Shown here in pieces: positions 1 to 11,350 of a stretch of 64,000 nt of DNA. The position numbers and the translations under genes were made by a program. This DNA comes from Eledone cirrhosa (taxonomy: Eukaryota), in the NCBI GenBank assembly GCA_964016885.1, contig OZ024741.1:88846001-88910000 (forward strand), written 5' to 3'. How positions within the stretch are numbered: position 1 is the stretch's first letter; every line of letters begins with the position of its first letter. The notes below the pieces were generated by a model. The model searched no databases and had not been told where the DNA came from. It saw only the letters and a program-made list of their open reading frames with translations.

Positions 1-186
1 GCCCACCTGCTACAACTTCCAATTCATTGATGTTCATATTGTGAGCTGCCATAGTGTAGTTGGTGCATCATAACATCTTGTTGTTCCTTGCCAGAAGTCC
101 TAATGCACCTTCTGTGTATTCATTGCTGAGCTTTAATATGCTTCATCCCCCACAACAAACAATGTCTCCTCCTTGATACTATTTAA

Positions 187-420
187 CCCCTTTGATACCA
201 AACAACATGAAACAGCTTGTTCAATGATGCTAAACTGTTTATTTTAATGGGTTTATATTTATCTAAAATCTTCCATCATAATTTTACGTAAAAGATTTTA
301 ACTTATGTTCCAAACACTGGTTTAAGAACAAGTTAGTTATATTACTAAATCTTTCCTAAGTCTTGGTTATTTCCAAATTATTTGAAAATAATAAATAAGT
401 AGTCTTAAATGTACTATAAC
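187..420 (+). mobile_element. Degenerate TTAA-type (piggyBac-like) MITE, family A; right end eroded
   Basis: Starts TTAA|CCCCTTTGATACCAAAC. Body motifs (AAATCTTCCATCATAATTT, TTATGTTCCAAACAC, AGTTAGTTATATTACTAAATC) are shared with 44091-44310 and 33280-33526. Confidence 0.6.
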
Positions 421-1129
421 AGAGAATTGTGGATAGTTGTGGTCAAAATGCTTTTGATTTGCTCAAGATTGACATGAGGCTAAACAATAACATGAAACCA
501 AACCAATTTTATCATGTACTAGTTTCTCTACAAGTCTTTCTTCAACCTTGATCTTCAAACTGTATTTTAACACCATATCTTCTTTACTTTTGAATAATTA
601 ATGATGCTGTTATGACAAGTATTGATCCTAACACCTACACATAAATAAATTAGCACTCTATAACTTTCTCTAATCTCAAATGTCACCCCCTTAACCACCA
701 TCTCAGATGGTCACTTTGTTGGTTGCATTGAAATAAAACAGATAAAGGTATAGAGCCCTTAACTCCTGGTGAAGTCATAGTGGCACTGTCCTGACACATC
801 TTGGACAATTAAAACCTGGAAGAGAAAGAGTGATAAAAAAGATAATCGACCCCAGTACTAGACTGGTATTTATTTATTGAGCTCAATTGAAAGGCAAAGT
901 TGACCTTGAGGGCAGTGATAGTTTTGCCTTTATTCATACTTTTTGTACAATAGCTAACCCTTGTAGTGACTTCCACCCCACTCCTTTTCTTCATTGACAG
1001 AACCAACATTTATTTCTATTACAGCCATCATACAGTCATCCATTATTTCTTTGAGACTCTGTTACACCATTCACAACCATTATCAATGTGTTGCATGCTG
1101 TAAAGTACCCCCAACTGCATGTAATGCAG

Positions 1130-1442
1130 AGGTGTGTTGCTTAGTGGTTAGGGTGTTTGGCTCACCACCAGAAGCTCTTGTGGCCAATTCCAAGTGGCTC
1201 TTTATATCCTTGAGCAAAACACATTATTACACATTGCTCCAGTCCACTCAGTTGGTAAAAATGAGTTGTACTTATTATTCAAAGGGTCAGCCATATTACA
1301 CAGTGTCACACAGAATCTCGCTGAGAAATACCTTAAGGATACACGTATCTGGAATGCTCAGCCACTTGCACACTAATTTCAATAGCAGGTTGTTCTGTTG
1401 TTCCAATAACTGGAGCACTTGTCGTTGGAACTAGCAGAGGTC
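1130..1442 (+). mobile_element. tRNA-headed SINE, family 1
   Basis: A-box-like GCTTAGTGGTTAGGGTGTTTGGCTCAC head and central CCTTGAGCAA...CACATTGCTCCAGTCCACTCAG motif. Homologous copies at 42858-43125, 48126-48405 and 62850-63180 (-). Confidence 0.75.
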
Positions 1443-2989
1443 CTACACAGAAAATGTATTGCTTCTTGGTCTATATATATTCAATTTGCTGCAAACCTTA
1501 ATCCTTTTGATGCTAACTCGCTCAAAAACAGCCTCAGGTTCCACAAAACAAAGTCACCCAGTTTAAAATGTTCCTATTTAAATTAAAACCTTCCAGTATT
1601 ATTTGACATAAGAACATTTTAAAAAAAGTTATATTACAAATACCATCATAATTAATTAAAATACAGTGTATTTCAGGAGAAATAATGTGGTCCTAGGTAT
1701 ATGTGCAGAGATGATGACAACTGGAATGTTTTTGTTCAAAGGTGTTCTGAATCAGGGTTAATTAATAATAACCACCACCAGATGTTAAATCAGTTATGGT
1801 ATTTTGAGAAAGAGAAATACATTTATGTATATGTTTTTTCTAGTTCTATGAAACAAAACCATTAAACTATATTAAAACCTAACATAATTTGATTTAAGAA
1901 CTTTTTGCTAAGTTACAAATACCTTTTAATTAAAGAAATAAACATTTTAGTAAATCCTTTCAATACAGTGCATTTCATTAAAAATACAGTAGCGAAAGGG
2001 TTAAAGTGATTCAGAAAGAAGGATAAGCTCATTACCTTTGCATCCATTAACTTTTCTAGTTTTACTATTTCTGTACATACAATAATGACTTTAGCTTTTT
2101 GTGTATACATGTCTGTAGTGGCCACAGCAACACTATGAGCCACCCACACTCCTGTTCATTAGCTGTTCCACTACGATGGACAGAACCAGAGGCTGCCCCA
2201 TTGGTCCCAGCAGAGAGAATAGAGAGTTATTCCTTATCACTGACTGCAGTAAAAAACATGGATCATGTTGAACAAGCATGCAACAGATTAAATTCTGTTA
2301 AAAGCAGCCAAGGACCAGGTCATACTGTTTGTTTGTTTTTGATTGTTTTTTAGTCATAGGTCAGTCCTGATAGAGCAGAACTATGATAAAATCATTCCAC
2401 TTACTAAAAAATATTTGTTATAAATGTGTCTTTTTTAAGGTCTGATTTGACGGATATTTGGCAGCTATTTCAAGCAGACTCAGCAACCATAAAAGATCTT
2501 TCATTGACTTGAGGTGTTAAACCAGGTGGTATGTTAAGCTTCCCACACATTGGCATTTTTCAATTATCGCATACAGCCTTTTCTAATAAAAGGTACTTCT
2601 TCTGTCTGACACAGTTCTTCATTTTGAAGTCCCCTAATCACTAATGTATAGAGGGGAGGGATATTTATCTGGAAAGATAGACTTTATGGTGTCTATATCT
2701 TAAACTAGGAGGGAGAGAGAGAGTAAACTGCATGACTGTGAATGTGTGTAATATATGTATATAACCCAAGTTAGTATGTTAACCACATTAGTAATTGTTT
2801 CAACTGGTTTTATTGCAATGCATTTGCTCCAATCAAGACAAAACTACAATGTTTGAATGAATCAACTTAGAAATACACTGAAATACTAGTGAAAAAAAAA
2901 AGGATACATTTTAGCAGAAATTTTTAAAACAACAACTATATTGAATTTTGACCATTTATTTATTTATTTATATATTTTCAAATCTTTAA

Positions 2990-4734
2990 ACCTTTTAGCA
3001 TTTAAAGTGGCCATATCCGGCCAGAATACTCTCACTTCTTTATTGTTGAAACCAGCCATAACTGGCCCCTCATTAAGGTATTGTTCTCAAAATAAATAAA
3101 ATCAAAATTTTGTAGATTCGATATAATTATGTGAGGTAAAGCCTTTACTGCAAAAATAAAATAGTATATAAAAAGTACCTAGCTAAAAGTAAGCCACTCT
3201 ACTTGGCATTCGTCGATCTCGAGAAAGCCTTTGACAGAGTTCCACGTGCTGTAATCTGGTGGGCTCTTAGAAAACTAGGAGTAGATGAATGGCTTGTGAA
3301 AGCTGTACAAGCCATATATAGGGGAGCAGTCAGCAAAGTTAGGATTAGCAATGAGTATATCAAGGAATTTAGCGTATAGGTTGGTGTCCACCAGGGCTCT
3401 GTTCTTAGCCCTCTCCTGTTCATCATAATCCTGCAAGCAATAACGGAGGAGTTTAAGACCGGATGCCCATGGGAACTCCTGTATGCTGATGACCTCGCAC
3501 TTATAGCTGAATCTATGGTAGAACTAGAGAAGAAATTCCAAACTTGGAAGCAGGGACTAGAAAGGGACTTGTAAGTAGACGAGAAAACAGAACCCAGATC
3601 CCCTCAGGGAAATGGCCTTGCTCAGTATGTAGGAAAGGTGTAGGTAGGAACTCCATTCTCTGCCCCAAATGCAAACAATGGGTACACAAGAGATGTAGCA
3701 GGATCTCAGGAAGCTTAATTAAGAATGTAGGCTTCACATGTAGCAGCTGTGCTGGGGCAGCAAACAGCCACAGGAAACAAGTACCACCAATCTCTGGGAG
3801 GGCTCTGTAGAAACAGTAGACAGCTTCTGCTACCTAGGTGACCGAATTAGCAGCGGAGGTGGGTGTTCAGAAAGTACAATAACTAGGGTAAGAACGGGAT
3901 GGAAGAAGTTCAGGGAACTACTGCCACTGCTAGCTGCAAAGGCTTCTCCCTCAAAATGAAAGGCAGACTGTATGATGCGTGTATCCGAACAGCAATGTTA
4001 CATGGTAGTGAGACCTGGGCGCTGAAGGTGGTAGACTTACGTAGATTAGAAAGAAACGAAGTCTGCATGCTCCGATGGATGTCTAATAGTAATATACGCG
4101 AACGACAAAGCATAAATGAATTGAGGGAGAGACTGAGCATAAGAGGAATCAAATGCTGTGTGCAGGAGAGGCGGTTGCGTTGGTATGGACATGTGATGCG
4201 TATGAAGGATGACAGCTGCATAAAAAGGTGCAGAGCACTAGAAGTCAATGGAAACCGCGCAGTGGGGAGACCAAGAAGACCTGGGATGAGGTGATAAAAG
4301 CCGACCTTACCCAATTACACCTCTCCAAGGCGATGACACACGACCGTGACCTCTGGCGTCACGCAGTAATACAGAGTACCCGACCCCCCCATGGGTACAA
4401 GCTGAAGCATATAGACAATATGCCCCCACACCCTCCCACTGCAAGGTGGTCGTGGAGGTGCCACGGCAAAAAAGCACCCAGCCCACACTGTAAAGTGGAC
4501 GTGTAGGCGCCACGGAAAAAGCACCCAGCACTCACTGTAAATGAGGTTGGTGTTTGGAAGGGCATCCAGCTGTAGAAATCAAGCCAAAATCAGTTCCTGT
4601 ATGAGCAAGGCATGGTCAGCTGACCAAACACTGCCCACAACAAGACAACCCGTCTAACCCATGCTAGCATGGAAGAACGGACATAAAACGGTGATGATGA
4701 TGATGATGATGAGAGTAATTTATATGCTAAAGGG
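2990..4734 (+). mobile_element. TTAA-type MITE, family B, split by an RTE insertion (MITE parts 2990-3170 and 4713-4734)
   Basis: Left end TTAA|ACCTTTTAGCATTTA, right end TATGCTAAAGGG|TTAA. The two halves join to match the intact copy at 49346-49563. Confidence 0.75.
3172..4712 (+). mobile_element. 5'-truncated RTE-clade LINE, subfamily A, frameshifted
   Basis: Encodes FVDLEKAFDRVP, GVHQGSVLSPLLF, ELLYADDLAL, a Cys/His cluster, and RRLRWYGHVMR...GRP. The 3' UTR ends in a (GAT)n tail. Confidence 0.92.
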
Positions 4735-5690
4735 TTAAAGAAAAAATAACATTATTTTATAAAGTCTTTCCAACATTTTCTTACACTTCCTCTAAAATAC
4801 CCAAACCTTAGGAGGGAAAAAAATTCAAGTAGAATGGAAACAAGTAAATAAATAAGAATCGTCATAATATTGTATTTTGAAACATAATGAAGAAGTAGAT
4901 AAGAATTTATCAGCTGTCCCTTTTGCGGCTTTCTGCAAAGATTTCCTGTCAGATATTTTCTTTTTTTTTTTTTTTTTTATTTTACTTTTTATTTAAACCA
5001 AACCGGAAAGAAAAAAAAAGAGCCATTGTTTTTTAATTTAAAATATATATATATATATATATATGTTTATATGTGCTTTAGGGGTATTTTAAAGATAGTC
5101 CCCAGTGTTATGTATATATATACATAATTGTTATATATTTATCTATTCATCATTTTCAAAGGAAAAAGGAAAAAAACACAGGCGAAACAGAAAAATGTTT
5201 TTTGAAAGTCCAAAGATAAAACAGCAGCAAGCTCGGGCCCCTCCACCAACGGCAAGGCGGACAGCATTGGGAGGAGAATTTCTAACTACAGTATTATTAT
5301 TATTACAATGATTCTCATTTATTTCTTAATGTTTCAAAATGTTTAAGATGCACAGAAGTCACTGGGGAATTGACAGGAATAACATTTTCTGCATCACTTT
5401 ATGTGAGCATGGGTGAGTATTTTCAGAGAGAGGTGGGGGGGAGGGGGACAGTAGCCCAAAGACACTAAACCCCCCCACCTCTCATAGATTGGTAAAATTT
5501 ATGTAGCCGATGCCAATTCTGAATATCTCCAGTTCAATGGCTGTAAAAAAAACGTAGGGATGAAGGAAATTCTGACCAGAATGGTTGTTTATATATATAT
5601 ATATATGTGTAAAAGTAAAGAGAAATAACAAAAACAGCACAGCTCATTGAAGAAATATATTAGTTTAACACTTGAAATTGCAGGAAGAGA

Positions 5691-5730
5691 GTCTTAACCT
5701 TTCAGACACTAGTCCTTCATCAGAAGATAA
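5691..5730 (-). ncRNA. Minimal type-I hammerhead ribozyme motif in a PLE pseudo-LTR-like fragment
   Basis: Minus strand reads TCTT CTGATGA A GGAC-TAGT-GTCT GAAA GG TT AAGA: intact core, 4-bp helix II, helix I TCTT/AAGA. Confidence 0.55.
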
Positions 5731-6555
5731 AGTCCTTCATAAAGAAGATAAATAGAAAGTAAAGAGTGATAAAAGGAAGGAATGGCAAAAATTGAGAAAA
5801 AGAAAAGAGAAGAAAAATGTGCGTATTCAGTGGGCTATCTATAATATATAGGTGAAGAGGTGCCAGGAGTTATGGTGATACATACTACATTTTGTTTTAT
5901 GATTAAAGTTTTCTAATAGGTCAATCACTGGTTCACTGTATACATGGTGATGAGTATAATAAAGGAATGACTTATAAACCCCAGGCAGAATATATACTAC
6001 ATAAGGCATTTTTGGTCAAATAAACCAGTTTATTAGTTTATACACGGCTCAGCGGGTATTTTCCTCCTTCGAGCTAATTCCATTGTAAAAGAATTCATTA
6101 CGTTATTAATTTAACTGCTCCTAGTTTGAGCTGAAAGCCGCCTCATATATACGACTGTTATTTCTAGCAGTACGGTTATGAGACTAGCTAGATACTGTAA
6201 AACCATGTGCGTCACGCAGTCTTTTAAATTATTTAGAAGTGAAGCATATCAATTTGTCCCTGGATGTTTACTGAGGAGAGCAGGACATGATATTCCTACA
6301 CTTATTTAACTCAAAACATATTTGGATTTTAAAGTTTAAACTTATCTACGGAACAGGTTTGATTTTGAAATTTAAATGTGTCTAAACATCATAGCCTCTT
6401 GGCAATACAGTTCGTCTTTGTTGATTTATTATTTTAAATCGATATGGACAAACTGTAGTATAATAATTAGTATACTTCAATCTGGCTAAATTTTTCTTTT
6501 GCAATATATATACAGATGTGTTGGTATCTGTGTTTCATCACATACATATTAGTTT

Positions 6556-6635
6556 ATATATATATATATATTTTTATTTTATATATATATATATATATCT
6601 TTTATTTTATATATATATATATATATATATATTTT

Positions 6636-6672
<37 letters not shown>

Positions 6673-6730
6673 TATTTTATATATATATATATATTTTTAT
6701 ATATATATATATATATTTTAATTATATTTT

Positions 6731-6761
<31 letters not shown>

Positions 6762-6775
6762 ATATATTTTAATTA

Positions 6776-6824
<49 letters not shown>
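6556..6824. repeat. Imperfect (TA)n microsatellite
   Basis: Direct reading. Confidence 0.97.
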
Positions 6825-6829
<5 letters not shown>

Positions 6830-7182
6830 ATTAAATAAATGGAAACTATATTTATAAAACCATATATATACCGTAACAACATCGACTTGTATTTGAAAAG
6901 GTTGAACTGCCAATTCAACCTTTTCAAATACAAGTCGATGTTGTTACGGTATGTCGAATCTATTTATCTATAAAACTGTTTATATTGTATTTTGTCTGAG
7001 GAAGGCATGGCATATTGTTAATATGTTATCCCTGAAATATATATAATGAAATAAATATGGTTTTATAAATATAGTTTCCATTTATTTAATATTGTAAATA
7101 TATTCCAAATATTTGTCGAGTGCTTTTATATCAGTTATAAATATTTACTAGTTGTAACCCAACAATTTAAATATAACTTTCC
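6824..7182 (+). mobile_element. PLE pseudo-LTR-like fragment with nested 5' inverted repeats and a degenerate hammerhead motif
   Basis: 39-bp perfect IR at 6868-6906/6914-6952 and 42-bp IR at 6824-6865/7055-7096. CTGAGGA-[long stem]-GAAA at 6996-7037. Flanked by (TA)n. Confidence 0.55.
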
Positions 7183-7450
7183 ATATATATATATATATAT
7201 ATTTTTATATATGCCCTAGTAGACCCATAAGAGGTAGACGCCCCACCATAACCTCAATGGCAAAAAAGACTCCCATGGGAAGGTGGATTGGGTGGACCAA
7301 ATCTATACGGACCCGCCAAAACAATGATCAGGTAAGAAAAATGGTCGCACATGCAAGGGCCACATATTTAAGTTCAACGAGAAGATCTACACCCAAAATG
7401 AAGGAGCAGCCATTGGCGTCAGCATAGCTGGTGATGTTGCCAACCTTTTC

Positions 7451-8656
7451 ATGGTATGGTGGGAAAGGAGACTTAAAGATCTCCTTAATGAGAGCTCCAT
7501 AGACCTCATCATGTACTCTCGTTATGTAGACAATATCAATATAGTTATAAGAACACACCCACTAGAGAGCACTAACAAGTTTGATTTAGAACGTAGCACA
7601 ATGGAAAGCATCCAGCAGATAGCTAATTCCATACACCAGAGTATAACTGTAACTATCGACTTCCCTTCCAAACACCCTAACAATAGACTACCTGTATTAG
7701 ACACAGAACTCTGGATTAACACTATAGACGAGAGAGCCCAAATTCTCCACTCACACTATGCTAAACCCATGGCCTCCAAATACCTGATACTGAAAAACTC
7801 AGCAATGTCCAGTAGTGCTAAGTTTAATATTCTGATTGCAGATTTGGTACGAGTGATGAAGAATGTGTCCCGCATGTGCGACCCAACAGAAATGGAAAGA
7901 CACATCCAACACTTCATCAACCGCATGCAGTTCTCTGGCTACAACCAAAGAGACAGAGTCAGAGTATACAAAGGAGCCATGGAGAAGTATAAGACCCTCA
8001 TAGAACTGGACATGAAAGGAATTTGCCCATTATACAGGAGCAAATCATGGAATAGCTTAGATAGGGCTAGACATAAGATAGGGAAAGCCACCTCATGGTA
8101 TAACAACCAGAGATACCAGAGTGTCATGTTTGTGGACGCTACCCCTGGAGGGAAATTAGCTAACCAGTGTAGAAAGGCCCCGAGAAAGACCCACTTAAAA
8201 ATTAAGGTGGTAGAAAAGCCAGGAACCACCATAAAATCCCTGATCAGCAAAACCTACCCTTTTAAGAAAACCCACTGTACCAATAGGAAATGTATCATAT
8301 GTAAGGTAAACTCCCGGATAAACTGTAAAACTAGAAACGTAGTCTATAGCATAAGATGTACAGAGGGTACCTGCAGAAACATGACAACAACATACATAGG
8401 TGAGACAGCTCGTAGCATAGGTGAAAGGATAGACCAACACTGGGGGGAACTAAAAGGACGAAAAACGGGTCAGTACTATACGAACATGCCAGACAACATA
8501 GAAATTAGAATAATATCTAAACATAGAAATGACCCAGCAGATAGGCAAATCAGAGAGGCCAGTGAAATAGAAATTAGAAGACCAAGACTAAACAGAAAGA
8601 ATGAATGGAATAACAACAACACACAAACAAACAACACTGACCTAAGAGAAGTATAA
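7451..8656 (+). pseudogene. PLE polyprotein remnant (RT C-terminal half + GIY-YIG endonuclease); catalytic YVDD reads YVDN
   Basis: 401-aa ORF. The frame extends upstream to about 7361, where an apparent deletion or frameshift joins it to an upstream frame (GRRPTITS...VRKMVAHA). Confidence 0.85.
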
Positions 8657-8670
8657 ATAAGTAAATAAAA

Positions 8671-8701
<31 letters not shown>

Positions 8702-8917
8702 ATACATACACAAGCACAATAACAACAAACACATAAACACACATTAGTCACCCAATCACGAACACACATCACACATCAAACAAAACACTATACATACACG
8801 CAAACGCATGCGCAAAGACAAAATAAAATAAACAAACAAGCAAATAAATAAATAAATATATAGACAGACTGAATAAAAATGGCGTAGCCATACAATTCGA
8901 CAGGAGGAAACAATAGA

Positions 8918-8959
8918 ACCACTGACGATGTTGCAGATGTGCAACGAAAAATTTATGAT
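8918..8959 (+). ncRNA. Minimal type-I hammerhead ribozyme in the PLE 3' pseudo-LTR
   Basis: ACCA CTGACGA T GTTGCA-GATG-TGCAAC GAA AAATTT A TGAT: intact core, perfect 6-bp helix II, palindromic helix III, UUA cleavage triplet, helix I 3/4 paired. Confidence 0.7.
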
Positions 8960-9199
8960 AAACTATATATATGTGTTTGCGTCTATATTGTATCTATATT
9001 ATTTTTGACCGTCGGTCAGTCAATGGCAACATTGAGTACCGAGTATATTATATTATATTAGATTACCTATATAAAAGACACAGAAGCGAGAAGCGAAAAC
9101 CAAACAAACAGTGAGTGTGTTCTGTTATTAATTCTGGCAATATTACACAAATATGACCCTCCCCAAGTATAACAATATATATATATATATATATATAAT

Positions 9200-9508
9200 A
9201 AATACAATATCGGAGAAAGTTTTTTAGCGATACTCCGGCCAAATTCCAACTCACTCAACAAACATTAGGAAATAAGTGATTATATTCCAAATTATGCTTC
9301 GGGGTGCTAACTAAAAGTATTGCGTGGAAAATTGGCTGTATTATTTGATATGAGACATATCTAATATATCTCTTCCCAGACGGACGTCTCGTTTCATTAT
9401 AAGATTCCTACAATTTGGGTGGAATTATACCAATTTATGTAGGAGCCTGTATACCATCAATAGATATATATTCAAGTGGGCTCCTATAATTCAACAGTGG
9501 GTGCCCCA
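9200..9508 (-). repeat. Unclassified interspersed repeat fragment, homologous to 21867-22076 (+)
   Basis: Shared motifs TGTTAGCACCCC/AGTTAGCACCCC, CCTAATGTTTGTTGAGTGAG and AAATAATACA...TTTTCCAC. Confidence 0.55.
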
Positions 9509-9540
9509 TATATATATATATATTTATATATATATATATT

Positions 9541-10530
9541 TGATAACGTAAACTCCGTTCCACTTACTCTAGTAGGCTTTTATATTTATATGTGAGCTGA
9601 TAGAGTACAGTCTAAGGATTTACAGAAACCCATGAAGCTAGATTTAACACCTTTCTAGTGGGTCCGGGTATGATTTTACATTCATTTAAATTATTGACGT
9701 ATTGTTTTATTGATATTTTTTATCTGTTTGGCCCGAATCTTCCTTTATCGATTTTAAATCGTATGGTTGATTGTAGACTTGTTCTATATGTGACGGTATT
9801 TTAACGATAGTTATAGCTCTGATTCATCTGAATTATTGAGCCCTCTGCCGCTCATATCGAATTTCGTTTATCGTGAACTCGTGCGCCGATTTTTCGATAC
9901 TCGATCTTTCTAATATATTTAGCTCTGGACATAGCTATCCACCAGTTAATTTTATTGCTCATTTTTTGTCGATTCTATTGAGTGATGAATAGCTTTTGTT
10001 TTATTTTAACATGTCTATTGAGCACTCTAATTCGATATGTGTATTTCCACATTCACTCGAATTGTTTTCGCGGATATAGGGGTCATCTCCCTTGTCTAAT
10101 GCCATGTGCGTTTTTCACCGCTAGTTGACTCCTCTGCCGCCAGGAAAAAACTCGTTGATAACGTAAACTCCGTTCCACTTACTCTAGTAGGCTTTTATAT
10201 TTATATGTGAGCTGATAGAGTACAGTCTAAGGATTTACAGAAACCCATGAAGCTAGATTTAACACCTTTCTAGTGGGTCCGGGTATGATTTTACATTCAT
10301 TTAAATTATTGACGTATTGTTTTATTGATATTTTTTATCTGTTTGGCCCGAATCTTCCTTTATCGATTTTAAATCGTATGGTTGATTGTAGACTTGTTCT
10401 ATATGTGACGGTATTTTAACGATAGTTATAGCTCTGATTCATCTGAATTATTGAGCCCTCTGCCGCTCATATCGAATTTCGTTTATCGTGAACTCGTGCG
10501 CCGATTTTTCGATACTCGATCTTTCTAATA
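9541..10530. repeat. Tandem repeat with 615-bp period (about 1.6 copies), variant 1
   Basis: TGATAACGTAAACTCCG at 9541 and 10156; the ~375-bp overlap looks identical. Confidence 0.9.
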
Positions 10531-10812
10531 TATATATATATATATATATTTTACATATATATATATATATTTATATATATATATATTTTTATATATATAG
10601 AGATATATTTATGTATATATATATATAGATATATATTTTACATATATATATATATTTATATATATATATATTTTTATATATATAGAGATATATTTATGTA
10701 TATATATATATAGATATATATATATGTATTTTTATATATATAGAGATATATTTATGTATATATATATATATAGATATATATATATATATTTTTATATATA
10801 TAGAGATATATT

Positions 10813-10848
<36 letters not shown>

Positions 10849-10868
10849 TATATATATAGAGATATATT

Positions 10869-10943
<75 letters not shown>

Positions 10944-10945
10944 GT
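10528..10945. repeat. (TA)n array with recurring TAGAGATATATTTATGTA variant units
   Basis: Direct reading. Confidence 0.95.
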
Positions 10946-11318
10946 ATCATCATCATCATCATCACCGTTTTACCTCCGTTCTTCCAAGCTAGCATGGGTT
11001 AGACGGGTTGTCCTGTTGCGGGCAGTGTTTGGTCAGCTGACCATGCCTTGCTCATACAGGAACTGATTTGGCTTGATTTCTACAGCTGGATGCCCTTCCT
11101 AACACCAACCTCATTTACAGTGAGTGCTGGGTGCTTTTTCGTGGCGCCTACACGTGCATTTTACAGTGTGGGCTGGGTGCTTTTTTGCCGTGGCACCTCC
11201 ACGACCACCTTGCGGTGGGGGGTGTGAGGGCATGTTGTCTATATGCTTCAGCTTGTACCCATGGGAGGTCGGGTACTCTGTATTACTGTGTGACGCTAGA
11301 GGTCACGGTCGTGTGTCA
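10946..11318 (-). mobile_element. RTE subfamily A 3' end (UTR and tail; reads (CAT)n on +)
   Basis: Reverse complement of about 4333-4712. Confidence 0.9.
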
Positions 11319-11350
11319 ATATATATATTTTTATATATAAATATAGATAT

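Larger units (their letters stand above)
7212..9060 (+). mobile_element. 5'-truncated Penelope-like retroelement (RT + C-terminal GIY-YIG) with 3' pseudo-LTR
   Basis: HIFKFNEKIYTQNEGAAIGVSIAGDVANLFM (RT motif B), YSRYVDNI (motif C), LPVLD, CTNRKCIIC, NVVYSIRC...YIGETARSIGERIDQH, LNRKNEW. Hammerhead at 8918-8959. Confidence 0.9.

Noticed and set aside
6203-6212. CCATGTGCGT shared with the ~620-bp repeats (10102, 11783)
   Set aside because: A single 10-mer with no flanking homology is compatible with chance.
6266-6330. CTGAGGA-GAG...CTC-AAAAC hammerhead-like motif
   Set aside because: G12 is missing and helices I and III are unconvincing; at most a dead relic.
7325-7327. In-frame TGA upstream of the PLE ORF as possible selenocysteine
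   Set aside because: It lies beyond an apparent frameshifting deletion, and the PLE-like peptide continues in another frame.
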